Assembly (NCBI GenBank): GCA_035292445.1
Contig: DATDQB010000023.1
Location: 25,533-89,532 of the forward strand
Length of the DNA stretch: 64,000 bases
From: Candidatus Omnitrophota bacterium
GTDB lineage: Bacteria; Omnitrophota; Gorgyraeia; Zapsychrales; Zapsychraceae
Direction of reading: 5' to 3'
This document shows, piece by piece, positions 1 through 8,253 of this stretch. Below the pieces are notes generated by a model. That model was not told the DNA's origin, did no database searches, and saw only the letters and a program-made list of their open reading frames with translations. A program made the position numbers and the translations under genes. Numbering within the stretch: position 1 is the first letter of the stretch; each line of letters begins with the position of its first letter.

Positions 1-140
1 TAAGGTGGTTTCCGAAGAGAAAAAAGGCTTGTTTGGAATGGAGGGGGAAAAGCCAGCTAAAATTAAGGTCAGTTTGAAAAAAAGTAAGAATACTTCTTGA
101 TTTTTTCTCCAGTTCAAGGAAAATAAGTTTAATGAATAAA

Positions 141-181
141 TGTTCCACGTGAAACAATCAAGCAATGTTTCACGTGGAACA
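141..181. promoter_or_regulatory. parS: Two parS centromere-like sites in inverted orientation: TGTTCCACGTGAAACA (141-156) and TGTTTCACGTGGAACA (166-181), 9-nt spacer, immediately 5' of parA
   Basis: Exact match to the canonical 16-bp parS consensus tGTTNCACGTGAAACa read directly in the sequence. The second site is the reverse complement of the first. The ORF-track ATG at 140 lies inside the site, so the real parA start is probably downstream. Confidence 0.7.
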
Positions 182-199
182 GTTAAATTCAGCCAAAAA

Positions 200-1024
200 A
201 TGGGTAAAACAGTAGCCATAGGTAATCAAAAAGGGGGAACGGGTAAAACGACCACAGCGGTTAATTTGTCTGCTGCTTTGGCTGATTTGGGCAAAAGAAT
301 TCTCCTGGTGGATGCTGATCCCCAAGGCAATGCAACGAGTGGGATGGGGGTCAATAAGAACGAGTTAGACGTATCTGTTTATGACGTTATACTTAATAAA
401 GCCACCGCCCAAGAAGCTGTCATCGAAGGTGTTCACCCAAACGTAGATATCATTCCTTGCAATATTAATCTTACCGGCGCAGAGATAGAGTTAGTAGGAG
501 CCCTGTCCAGAGAAACCCGCCTTAAGAAAGCCTTAGAATCAATTAAAGAGAACTATGATTATGTTTTTATCGATTCGCCGCCGTCTTTAGGCTTGTTGAC
601 GTTAAATGCGTTGGTGGCAAGCGATTCTATATTAATTCCTATTCAATGCGAGTTTTATGCGTTGGAAGGCGTATCGCAGCTTTTAAATACATTACATCTT
701 ATCCGTGACGGGCTTAATCCAAAGCTTTCCGTTGAAGGCGTCTTATTGACGATGGCCGATTTTCGGACGAATTTAACAACAGAAGTTATCAATGAGATCA
801 AAGCGTTTTTTAAAGACAAAGTTTATAATACAGTCATTCCTCGTAATATCCGGTTAAGTGAGGCGCCAAGCCATGGGAAGCCGATAGCCGTATATGATGC
901 TAACTCAATAGGAGCTATTCGTTATGCCGAGTTGGCAAAAGAATTTTCAGGAGAACCACAAATAATACGTAAACAATTTAATAGCAATGAGTTAGGTAAA
1001 ATTAGTGAAACAAAAGATAATTGA
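200..1024 (+). CDS. parA: ParA/Soj chromosome-partitioning ATPase
   Basis: Deviant Walker A motif KGGTGKTT near the N-terminus after the internal Met (MGKTVAIGNQKGGTGKTTTAVNL); ParA/MinD-like over its full length. Start moved from the ORF-track 140 to the ATG at 200 because 140 lies within parS. Confidence 0.9.
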   Translation: MGKTVAIGNQKGGTGKTTTAVNLSAALADLGKRILLVDADPQGNATSGMGVNKNELDVSVYDVILNKATAQEAVIEGVHPNVDIIPCNINLTGAEIELVGALSRETRLKKALESIKENYDYVFIDSPPSLGLLTLNALVASDSILIPIQCEFYALEGVSQLLNTLHLIRDGLNPKLSVEGVLLTMADFRTNLTTEVINEIKAFFKDKVYNTVIPRNIRLSEAPSHGKPIAVYDANSIGAIRYAELAKEFSGEPQIIRKQFNSNELGKISETKDN

Positions 1025-1060
1025 TAATATAATGTTCACATTATGAACAAAGGAGAAAAG

Positions 1061-1909
1061 ATGGAAAACCGAGCTCTTGGCAAGGGTCTTTCTGCGCTCA
1101 TTCCTGATAAAGACAGAAGCGGGGCGATAGCGGGCGAGGTTGTCGCCTACCTAAAAACGACGAAAATAAAAAACAGCCGTTTTCAGCCGCGCACGAAGTA
1201 TGATAATGAAAAATTGGAAGAGTTAAAAGAGTCTATAAAAACTAAAGGTATTATTCAGCCTATTTTAGTAAGAGAAACGCAAGGCGGCGAATATGAGGTA
1301 GTTGCCGGTGAACGCAGGCTTAAGGCGGCGCGGGCTTTGAACATGGAAGATGTGCCAGCCATCATCAAATCAGTTACGGATGAAGAGGCGTTTGTCATTG
1401 CGTTGATAGAAAATGTCCAAAGAGAGGATCTCAATCCGATAGAAGAAGCGCAGGCCTATCAACGGCTTATTGAAGATTTTAAATTAACCCAGGAAGACGT
1501 CGCTAAAGCCGTCGGAAAAGACCGTTCGACCGTCAGCAATATTATGCGCTTGCTTAAACTCCCCGAGGAAATTCAAAAGTTTGTTTATGGCGGCGAAATT
1601 TCCATGGGGCATGCGCGCGCGTTACTTTCTTTGGAATCCGCGGAGGATATCAAAAGATTTTTCGGCCTTATCCGTAAAAAAGGGCTATCGGTACGCGAAC
1701 TGGAGAACCTGATTCAATCGAACGACGGAAAGGCCCGTCGGGTAAAATCGAAGGAAAAAAGGGATTTTGAGATCGTTGCGCTGGAAGAACAACTGCAAAA
1801 AGCCCTCGGCACCAAAGTGCGCATCAAAGCTAACAAAAAACGCGGCAAAATCATCATCGAATATTATTCGCTGGACGATCTCGATCGCATCATAAGAAAG
1901 ATCAAATAA
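1061..1909 (+). CDS. parB: ParB/Spo0J partition protein (parS-binding)
   Basis: ParB N-terminal box (GLGRGLxAL-like MENRALGKGLSALI) and HTH region. AAGGAG Shine-Dalgarno 6 nt before the ATG at 1061. The ORF-track start at 1043 is probably too long. Confidence 0.9.
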   Translation: MENRALGKGLSALIPDKDRSGAIAGEVVAYLKTTKIKNSRFQPRTKYDNEKLEELKESIKTKGIIQPILVRETQGGEYEVVAGERRLKAARALNMEDVPAIIKSVTDEEAFVIALIENVQREDLNPIEEAQAYQRLIEDFKLTQEDVAKAVGKDRSTVSNIMRLLKLPEEIQKFVYGGEISMGHARALLSLESAEDIKRFFGLIRKKGLSVRELENLIQSNDGKARRVKSKEKRDFEIVALEEQLQKALGTKVRIKANKKRGKIIIEYYSLDDLDRIIRKIK

Positions 1910-2412
1910 TGAAAGAGCCGGCACTTGTTATTCTGAAACCGGACGCTATTGCTAAGGGCCTGGTCGGGCATATCCTTTTGAAATTCGCCGAAGCCAATTT
2001 AGAAATTATCGGCATAAACATATTCAAACCAACCCGCAAACTCGTTGAAGAACATTATAACAATATAAAGGGGCGTCCGTTTTTTAGGGGAACGGTATCT
2101 TTTTTTATGGGCAAATATCATAAAAACAAGAGAGTCATCGCCGTTGTTTATTATGGCGATAACGCGGTCACCAAATGCCGTAATCTCGCTGGGGCAACCA
2201 ATCCCGAAGAGGCCGGCCCGCACACGATCAGGGGCGCTTACGGGCGCATTACGACCAGAGGCATCTATGAAAATGTGGTTCATGTTTCTTCGAGCAAAAA
2301 AGAAACGCAGCGGGAAATAAAATTGTGGTTTACCCCGGATTCTATCAGCCGAAAACTTTATTCGACAAAAACGATAACTGTTAAATTGCAAAAAACAAGG
2401 ACATGGGCATGA
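1909..2412 (+). CDS. ndk: Nucleoside diphosphate kinase
   Basis: NDK motifs LVILKPDAI, RPFF and NPEEAGPHTIRGAYG with catalytic-His context and C-terminal LWF. ATGA overlap with the parB stop. Confidence 0.85.
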   Translation: MKEPALVILKPDAIAKGLVGHILLKFAEANLEIIGINIFKPTRKLVEEHYNNIKGRPFFRGTVSFFMGKYHKNKRVIAVVYYGDNAVTKCRNLAGATNPEEAGPHTIRGAYGRITTRGIYENVVHVSSSKKETQREIKLWFTPDSISRKLYSTKTITVKLQKTRTWA

Positions 2413-3230
2413 TCAAAGGCATGACGGGTTATGGCAGCGCCCAACTTTCGACAAAAGAGGCCAAGGCGCTCATTGAAATCAAAAGCCTCAACGGCCGTTA
2501 TCTTGACATAATCTATTATCTACCAGCTGGTTACGTATCGTTCGAAGATAAGATCCGACAGCATTGCGAGCAATATTTGGAAAGAGGGCGCGTTAGTATT
2601 TCATTAAAGGTGACACAAAAAAAGAAAGAAGAAGTTGTGCTCAACAAAGAAGCGGTGCAAAGTTATTTACGTCATGCTAAAGAGCTGAGGAAGCAGTTTC
2701 GCATAAAAAACGATTTGACGGTGGCGGATATCATTAAGCTGCCCGGGGTTTTTGAGGTCCGGGAAACCACGGTTAATGCGGAGCGCTTATGGCCGGGCAT
2801 TGAGCGGGGTTTAAAAAAGGCGCTTGGCGCGCTGGATCAAATGCGCAGGAGAGAGGGGCTAAGCCTTCAGCGTGACATCAAAGGGCAGCTTCAAAAGATG
2901 ATGAAAGAAATATATGTTATTCAAACGCGATCCAGGGCGGTCTTGAAAGAAATGAAACAATCGATGGCGGCGGAAGAATTCCAGGCCTATCAACGCGGCA
3001 GCGACACCAACGAAGAGCTGTCCCGGCTTAAGCATCACATGGTTGAAATGAAGAGATTGTTAAATGGCACTTCTTCCGTTGGGAAAAGGATCGATTTTAT
3101 TGCCCAGGAGATGCAGCGCGAGACCAATACCATCGGCGCCAAGCTCCAGGACCGCATCGTTTCCAACGCCGTGATCGCTTTGAAAAGCGGGATCGAAAAA
3201 ATTCGCGAACAGGCCCAAAACATAGAATAG
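2403..3230 (+). CDS. yicC: YicC-family stress-induced protein (YicC N-terminal plus DUF1732)
   Basis: N-terminus MIKGMTGYG is typical of YicC. Conserved yicC-gmk-rpoZ-coaBC synteny. Confidence 0.75.
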   Translation: MGMIKGMTGYGSAQLSTKEAKALIEIKSLNGRYLDIIYYLPAGYVSFEDKIRQHCEQYLERGRVSISLKVTQKKKEEVVLNKEAVQSYLRHAKELRKQFRIKNDLTVADIIKLPGVFEVRETTVNAERLWPGIERGLKKALGALDQMRRREGLSLQRDIKGQLQKMMKEIYVIQTRSRAVLKEMKQSMAAEEFQAYQRGSDTNEELSRLKHHMVEMKRLLNGTSSVGKRIDFIAQEMQRETNTIGAKLQDRIVSNAVIALKSGIEKIREQAQNIE

Positions 3231-3237
3231 ACCCATT

Positions 3238-3813
3238 ATGAAGAAGGGTAAAATTTTTATTCTTTCCGGCCCTTCTGGTTCAGGAAAAACGACCCTTTAC
3301 CGAAAGCTCCTAAAGAGCAGGAAGCTCAAAGACAAAATCGTTAAGAGCGTTTCTGTCACGACCCGGCCTCAACGAAAGGGAGAGGTCCATGGCCGTGATT
3401 ATTTTTTTGTCAGCCGCTTGATGTTTTTGCATAAAAAGGGGGCTGGCCATTTTCTTGAATCGCAGAAGGTGTTTGATAATTATTACGGCACCCCCAAAGC
3501 CAATGTGGCGCGTTTGCTAAGGAGAGGAAAACATACGCTTTTATGTATAGATGTCAAAGGGGCCAAGGTGGTTTGCCGCAGGCTCCCTAAGGCCGTTACG
3601 ATATTCATTAAGACAAGAACCGTTAACGAGCTAAAAAAACGGCTTTTTAAAAGGGGGTCAGAGGATAAAAAACGCCTCTTTCTCAGGCTTCAAACGGCCA
3701 AAAAAGAACTCAAGGAAGCCAAGCGCTATAAGTATATCGTTATTAACGACCTAATCCCAAAAGCCCTTCAAAGGCTGGAAGCGATCATTTTATCCGAAAT
3801 CCAAGACAATTAA
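3238..3813 (+). CDS. gmk: Guanylate kinase
   Basis: P-loop GPSGSGKTT at the N-terminus; length and synteny (gmk-rpoZ) as expected. Confidence 0.85.
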   Translation: MKKGKIFILSGPSGSGKTTLYRKLLKSRKLKDKIVKSVSVTTRPQRKGEVHGRDYFFVSRLMFLHKKGAGHFLESQKVFDNYYGTPKANVARLLRRGKHTLLCIDVKGAKVVCRRLPKAVTIFIKTRTVNELKKRLFKRGSEDKKRLFLRLQTAKKELKEAKRYKYIVINDLIPKALQRLEAIILSEIQDN

Positions 3814-3870
3814 AAAGGAGCTGTTAAAACTTTTCTAACTAAAAGAGTTGGAAGGCGTTATAAGTTCCTT

Positions 3871-3899
3871 TTGACAAATATAAGACTATATGATATATA
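3871..3899 (+). promoter_or_regulatory. Putative sigma-70 promoter (TTGACA-17-TATATA) upstream of rpoZ
   Basis: TTGACA at 3871-3876, 17-nt spacer, TATATA at 3894-3899, in an AT-rich gap. Confidence 0.45.
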
Positions 3900-3970
3900 T
3901 ATTTTCCTTTTATAAAGAAAGATTTTTATTTTTTATTAAGAAATAGCAATTTTAGGAGGCAATTGAGATC

Positions 3971-4246
3971 ATGAGTATTCAGCCCTTAGAAGAGATGCTC
4001 CCCAAAGCAGGAAACAGCATTTATCGCCTTGTTCGCATGGCGGCCACCCGCGCGCTTGAGCTCTCCGAAGGAAGAAAATGTTTGATCGAGAATCCATCCA
4101 GCGACAAAGCCACCACCATGGCATTGGAAGAAATCCTTGCCGGCCGGGTCGTTTCTAGAGAGGCCAAAGACCTGCTGGCCAAACCGGAAAAAGAAAAACC
4201 GCAGAAAAAACAAGCAGAACTCGAAGCTGTCTTAGAAAGTGAATAA
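3971..4246 (+). CDS. rpoZ: RNA polymerase omega subunit
   Basis: 91 aa with the RpoZ signature (LVRMAATRALELSEG). Downstream of gmk as in many bacteria. Confidence 0.85.
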   Translation: MSIQPLEEMLPKAGNSIYRLVRMAATRALELSEGRKCLIENPSSDKATTMALEEILAGRVVSREAKDLLAKPEKEKPQKKQAELEAVLESE

Positions 4247-4784
4247 TCCAAAACGAGTCATTTTAGGCGTTACGGGAAGCATCGCCGCCTATAAATCCGC
4301 CGATATTGCCCGCCGGCTGATAGAAAAGGGATTGAAGGTTTCGGTCGTGATGACGAAAGAGGCCGAATACTTTATCACTCCTTTGACCTTATCCAGCCTG
4401 ATCGGCGAAGAGGTGTATCGCGGCACCTTCGATTCCTCATCCAATGGTTGGGCAATGCCGCATATCCAGCTAGCCAAAAAGGCGGATGTTTTATTGATTG
4501 CCCCCGCCACCGCCAATATCATCGCCAAATTAGCCCATGGTTTTGCCGACGATCTTTTAACCTGCGTTGCTTTGGGGGCCAAGGCGCCCATTTTAATTGC
4601 CCCGGCGATGAATACCGAAATGTACAAAAATAAATTCGTTCAGAATAATTGCGCTGTTTTGAAAAAACACGGTGTTGCGTTCATAGATCCGACTAAAGGC
4701 AAGTTGGCGTGCGGTGATACGGGTGAAGGACATATTGCGGACGAAGAAGATATTGTCAGAGCGGTTTTAAGGGCCTTGAAATAG
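4239..4784 (+). CDS. coaC: Phosphopantothenoylcysteine decarboxylase flavoprotein (CoaC-only, no CoaB domain)
   Basis: Flavoprotein fold signature (ILGVTGSIAAYKSADIARRL). About 180 aa, so it lacks the CoaB synthetase half. Confidence 0.8.
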   Translation: MNNPKRVILGVTGSIAAYKSADIARRLIEKGLKVSVVMTKEAEYFITPLTLSSLIGEEVYRGTFDSSSNGWAMPHIQLAKKADVLLIAPATANIIAKLAHGFADDLLTCVALGAKAPILIAPAMNTEMYKNKFVQNNCAVLKKHGVAFIDPTKGKLACGDTGEGHIADEEDIVRAVLRALK

Positions 4785-4786
4785 CC

Positions 4787-4861
4787 GGCGTGGTAGCCAA
4801 GTGGTAAGGCGGGAGTCTGCAAAACTCCTATCCAGCGGTTCGATTCCGCTCCACGCCTCCA
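4787..4861 (+). tRNA. tRNA-Cys (anticodon GCA), CCA encoded
   Basis: Cloverleaf read manually: acceptor GGCGTGG/CCACGCC, anticodon loop CTGCAAA, T-loop GGTTCGATTCC, 3' CCA. Confidence 0.85.
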
Positions 4862-4869
4862 ACAATTCC

Positions 4870-4952
4870 GGGCAAGTGGTGGAATGGCATACACGCAGGA
4901 CTTAAAATCCTGTGGCCGTAAGGCTGTGAGGGTTCGACTCCCTCCTTGCCCA
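4870..4952 (+). tRNA. tRNA-Leu (anticodon TAA), long variable arm, no encoded CCA
   Basis: Acceptor GGGCAAG/CTTGCCC, anticodon loop CTTAAAA, long variable arm GGCCGTAAGGCTGT, T-loop GGTTCGACTCC. Confidence 0.8.
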
Positions 4953-4974
4953 TAAAGTCAGTCATAAGGCGTAA

Positions 4975-5038
4975 GTGGTAAGTTATAAAAAAAGTAACAA
5001 TCAGAAATTTTTACTTATAACTTACGACTTATAACTTA
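4975..5038. repeat. 11-bp inverted repeat (GTAAGTTATAA / TTATAACTTAC) plus a direct copy of CTTATAACTTA in the tRNA-Leu to tRNA-Val spacer
   Basis: Read directly from the sequence. Possible processing or promoter element for tRNA-Val/thrS. Confidence 0.3.
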
Positions 5039-5051
5039 AAACTAAATATAT

Positions 5052-5129
5052 GGGCTCATAGCTCAGCTTGGTTAGAGCGTTTCCTTGACATGGAAAAGGT
5101 CCGAGGTTCGAGTCCTCGTGGGCCCACCA
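5052..5129 (+). tRNA. tRNA-Val (anticodon GAC), CCA encoded
   Basis: Acceptor GGGCTCA/TGGGCCC, anticodon stem TTTCC/GGAAA with loop TTGACAT, T-loop GGTTCGAGTCC, 3' CCA. Ends 8 nt before the thrS ATG. Confidence 0.85.
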
Positions 5130-5137
5130 GAAAAACA

Positions 5138-6868
5138 ATGGAATACAAAACCGATTTAGACAAGCTTAGACACAGCTGCTCGCACATCATGGCGCAGGCG
5201 GTGAAGGAGCTTTGGCCGGCGACCAAAGTGACCATCGGCCCCGCCATCGATAACGGCTTTTATTATGATTTTGATAAGAAAGAGCCGTTTACCGACGAGG
5301 ATATTAAAAAAATAGAAAAGCGCATGCGGGAGATCATTAATCGTAAGCCCGCCTTTAAACAATCGCTCATGCCGCGCAAAGAAGCCATCAAAATGTTCAA
5401 GGACATGAAGGAAGATTATAAAGTCGAGTTAATTGAAAAGTTGCCCGATGAAAAGGTCTCGATTTTTCATACCGGTGATGAATGGCTGGACCTTTGCAAG
5501 GGCCCGCACATTGATAATGCCGGAAAGATCAAGGCGTTCAAATTGCTCAGCGTGGCCGGGGCGTATTGGCACGGCGATGAAAACAACACGATGTTGCAGC
5601 GCATTTATGGAACGGCGTTCTTCGATAAAAAAGAGCTCGACGAATTCTTGCGATTGCTCGAAGAAGCGCAAAAGCGCGACCATCGAAAGCTCGGGCCGCA
5701 ACTGGATCTGTTTAATTTTTATCAGGAAACCGCCGGGCCCGGGCTTGTTTTTTATCATCCTGCCGGAGCGACGTTGCGCCGCATCATTGAGAATTATATC
5801 GTTGATCAAAATGTCAAGCGTGGCTATCAGCTGGTCCAAACGCCGCATATCTTAAAAGGAAAGCTGTGGGAGATCAGCGGGCACGCCGAGCATTATCGCG
5901 AGAACATGTATTTTTTCAAGGTCGACAACGAAGAGTATGCCGTTAAGCCGATGAATTGCCCGGGGCACATCCTGATTTATCAATCCACGACCCGCTCCTA
6001 TCGGGATCTGCCGATCCGCTATTTCGAGCTGGGCAATGTTTACCGACGGGAAAAGGCCGGCGTCATGCACGGGCTGTTGCGGGTGCGCGGGTTTACCCAA
6101 GACGACGCCCATATTTTCTGCCGCGAGGACCAGATCAAGCAAGAGGTCATGAATGTTATTGACTTCACCTTTCACGTGATGAAAGATTTCGGCTTCAATG
6201 AAATGAACATCGAACTGAGTACACGTCCGGAAAATTATATCGGCAGCCTCAAAGATTGGGAGACGGCAACCCGGGCGCTGGAAGACGCCCTGAAAGAAAA
6301 GAAGTTAAAATATCAAATCAACGAAGGCCAAGGAGCGTTTTATGGTCCCAAGATCGACGTTAAACTGAAGGACGCCTTAAATCGCGAATGGCAGTGCGCG
6401 ACCATCCAGTGCGATTTTTCGTTACCCGAGAGGTTTCAGCTCAAATATATCAACGAAGAAGGCGGCGTGAGTCGGCCCACCATGATTCATCGTGCTATAC
6501 TTGGTAGTGTCGAACGATTTTTCGGCACGTTGATTGAGCATTACGGAGGCGCTTTCCCGGTCTGGTTGGCGCCGACACAAGCGTTAATTATCCCCATCAA
6601 AAGCGAGCACGTTGCGTACGCAAACACCGTAAAAGAGAATTTACAAAAAGAAGATATCCGCGTTATAATTGATGACAGAAATGAAAGTTTAGGCAAGCGC
6701 ATCCGTGAAGGCATGGTCAGGAAGGTCCCGTATTTGATCATTCTAGGCGATAAAGAAGTTAAAGATGAAATTTTATCCATCCGCCGCTACGGCAAGGGAG
6801 ATGAGGGAACAATGGCCCTTGATAAATTTATTAAACAAATTCAAAACGAGATAAACAGCAAACAATAA
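5138..6868 (+). CDS. thrS: Threonyl-tRNA synthetase (lacks the N-terminal TGS domain)
   Basis: Class II aaRS motifs and the ThrRS editing-domain signature HSCSHIMAQAVKELWP within 10 aa of the start. The ORF-track start at 5090 overlaps tRNA-Val, so the ATG at 5138 is used. Confidence 0.9.
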   Translation: MEYKTDLDKLRHSCSHIMAQAVKELWPATKVTIGPAIDNGFYYDFDKKEPFTDEDIKKIEKRMREIINRKPAFKQSLMPRKEAIKMFKDMKEDYKVELIEKLPDEKVSIFHTGDEWLDLCKGPHIDNAGKIKAFKLLSVAGAYWHGDENNTMLQRIYGTAFFDKKELDEFLRLLEEAQKRDHRKLGPQLDLFNFYQETAGPGLVFYHPAGATLRRIIENYIVDQNVKRGYQLVQTPHILKGKLWEISGHAEHYRENMYFFKVDNEEYAVKPMNCPGHILIYQSTTRSYRDLPIRYFELGNVYRREKAGVMHGLLRVRGFTQDDAHIFCREDQIKQEVMNVIDFTFHVMKDFGFNEMNIELSTRPENYIGSLKDWETATRALEDALKEKKLKYQINEGQGAFYGPKIDVKLKDALNREWQCATIQCDFSLPERFQLKYINEEGGVSRPTMIHRAILGSVERFFGTLIEHYGGAFPVWLAPTQALIIPIKSEHVAYANTVKENLQKEDIRVIIDDRNESLGKRIREGMVRKVPYLIILGDKEVKDEILSIRRYGKGDEGTMALDKFIKQIQNEINSKQ

Positions 6869-6884
6869 AACAGGAGGTGCTCCT

Positions 6885-7430
6885 ATTCAAAAATTCACCC
6901 GTATCAATGAGCGCATTAAAGCGCGCGAGGTCCGCGTGATCGGGCCTGATTCCGAGCAATTAGGCGTCGTTGTTTTGCAGCGCGCCTTGGACTTGGCCAG
7001 GCAGCATGAATTGGATCTGGTCGAGATCGCCCCGACGGCAAACCCGCCCGTCTGCCGCATCATGGATTACAGCAAGTTCAAATACGATCAGGAGAAAAAA
7101 GAGCGGCGCATCAAGCGCAATCAACACGTCGCTCATTTAAAGCAGATCCGCATGAAACCTCATATCGGGGAGGGGGATTATCAGATCAAGCTGCGCCAGG
7201 CGATTAGTTTTTTAAAGAAGAAGGACAAAGTTAAGATCAACATGTTCTACCGCGGGCGCGAGATGATGCATAAAGAGCTGGGAGAGGAAATCGTCAACAG
7301 GTTTGTTAGGGATCTGGTCGAATTCGGCCAGGCCGAAAAGGCGCCTTTTATGGAGGGCCGTGTGATGTCGGTGGTCATTAACCCCGTTGCCGGCAAACCG
7401 GCTAAGAAAGAAGAAGAACAGGCTGCGTAA
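6885..7430 (+). CDS. infC: Translation initiation factor IF-3, probable non-canonical AUU start
   Basis: IF-3 N-terminus INERIKAREVRVIG is encoded upstream of the GTG at 6936. In-frame ATT at 6885 lies 7 nt after an AGGAGG SD, and the frame opens only after the TAA at 6867. Confidence 0.8.
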   Translation: MQKFTRINERIKAREVRVIGPDSEQLGVVVLQRALDLARQHELDLVEIAPTANPPVCRIMDYSKFKYDQEKKERRIKRNQHVAHLKQIRMKPHIGEGDYQIKLRQAISFLKKKDKVKINMFYRGREMMHKELGEEIVNRFVRDLVEFGQAEKAPFMEGRVMSVVINPVAGKPAKKEEEQAA

Positions 7431-7513
7431 AAAAAGTGTTTTCAAATCCGGGAATTTTTGCTAAGGTAGTGTCTTCGTATTTTTATTAAAAGTGGTGTTG
7501 AAAGGGAAAGTGC

Positions 7514-7711
7514 ATGCCTAAACTGAAAACAAATAAATCTGCGGCCAAACGTTTTCGACGCACGAAGTGGGGAAAGATCAAGAAAAGAAGCGCCAATCGC
7601 GGACATATTTTAAGTAAAATGTCCAGCAAAGCCAAACGCAAGCTTCGCCGAAGTTCTTACCTTTCCAAAGCCGATGAGAAAAAAATAAGGAGGCTGTTGC
7701 CTTATGGCTAG
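7514..7711 (+). CDS. rpmI: 50S ribosomal protein L35
   Basis: 65 aa, [14 protein letters not shown] signature. Confidence 0.9.
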   Translation: MPKLKTNKSAAKRFRRTKWGKIKKRSANRGHILSKMSSKAKRKLRRSSYLSKADEKKIRRLLPYG

Positions 7712-8144
7712 AGTTAAGGGAACCGTTGCCGCTCAAAGAAGGCGGCGTAGATATGTTAGGGCCGCTAAAGGCCAGTTCGGCCACCGAAGCAAGCGCTATA
7801 TCCAGGCCAGGCGTTCCGTCGAGAAGGGCATGGTGTATGCGTTCCGTGACCGCAAAGCGAGGAAGCGGGAATTTAGGCGCCTTTGGATCACGCGTATTAA
7901 TGCCGCCTGTCACGAGTCGGGCATTTCTTATAGCCGTTTCATCAAGGGTTTGAATGACGCCAAGATCAGCATCAACCGCAAGGTGATCGCCGATTTGGCT
8001 GTTCAGGCGCCGACAGTTTTCAAGAAATTGGTCAAGATCGCCAAAGAAGGCAAAGTGACCGAAGCCGCTACTGTTAAGAAAGAAGAAACAGCGCAAAAGG
8101 CAGAGAAAAAAGCCAGTAAAACCAGCGCCTCTTCAAAGAAGTAA
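7704..8144 (+). CDS. rplT: 50S ribosomal protein L20 with a Lys/Ala-rich C-terminal extension
   Basis: [16 protein letters not shown]... L20 signature. About 28 extra C-terminal residues ([22 protein letters not shown]). Confidence 0.9.
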   Translation: MARVKGTVAAQRRRRRYVRAAKGQFGHRSKRYIQARRSVEKGMVYAFRDRKARKREFRRLWITRINAACHESGISYSRFIKGLNDAKISINRKVIADLAVQAPTVFKKLVKIAKEGKVTEAATVKKEETAQKAEKKASKTSASSKK

Positions 8145-8172
8145 TCGTTTAATAAAAAGAATTTTATTAGTA

Positions 8173-8210
8173 CTCTTTTGGGCCCTCATTGGTAGGGCCC
8201 AAAATTATTA
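8173..8210 (+). terminator. Strong stem-loop (11-bp stem TTTTGGGCCCT / AGGGCCCAAAA) between rplT and pheS; possible terminator or attenuator
   Basis: Palindrome around the GGGCCC core. Followed by AAAAUUAUUAU rather than a clean U-run, and a downstream GGGGCC could pair alternatively. Confidence 0.35.
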
Positions 8211-8253
8211 TAGGGGCCTTGTTGCTGAAGGGGTTCTATTATAGAATGACGGT

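Noticed and set aside
5090-5137. Extended thrS N-terminus (MEKVRGSSPRGPTRKT) from the ORF track
   Set aside because: This segment is the 3' half of tRNA-Val. The real start is the ATG at 5138.
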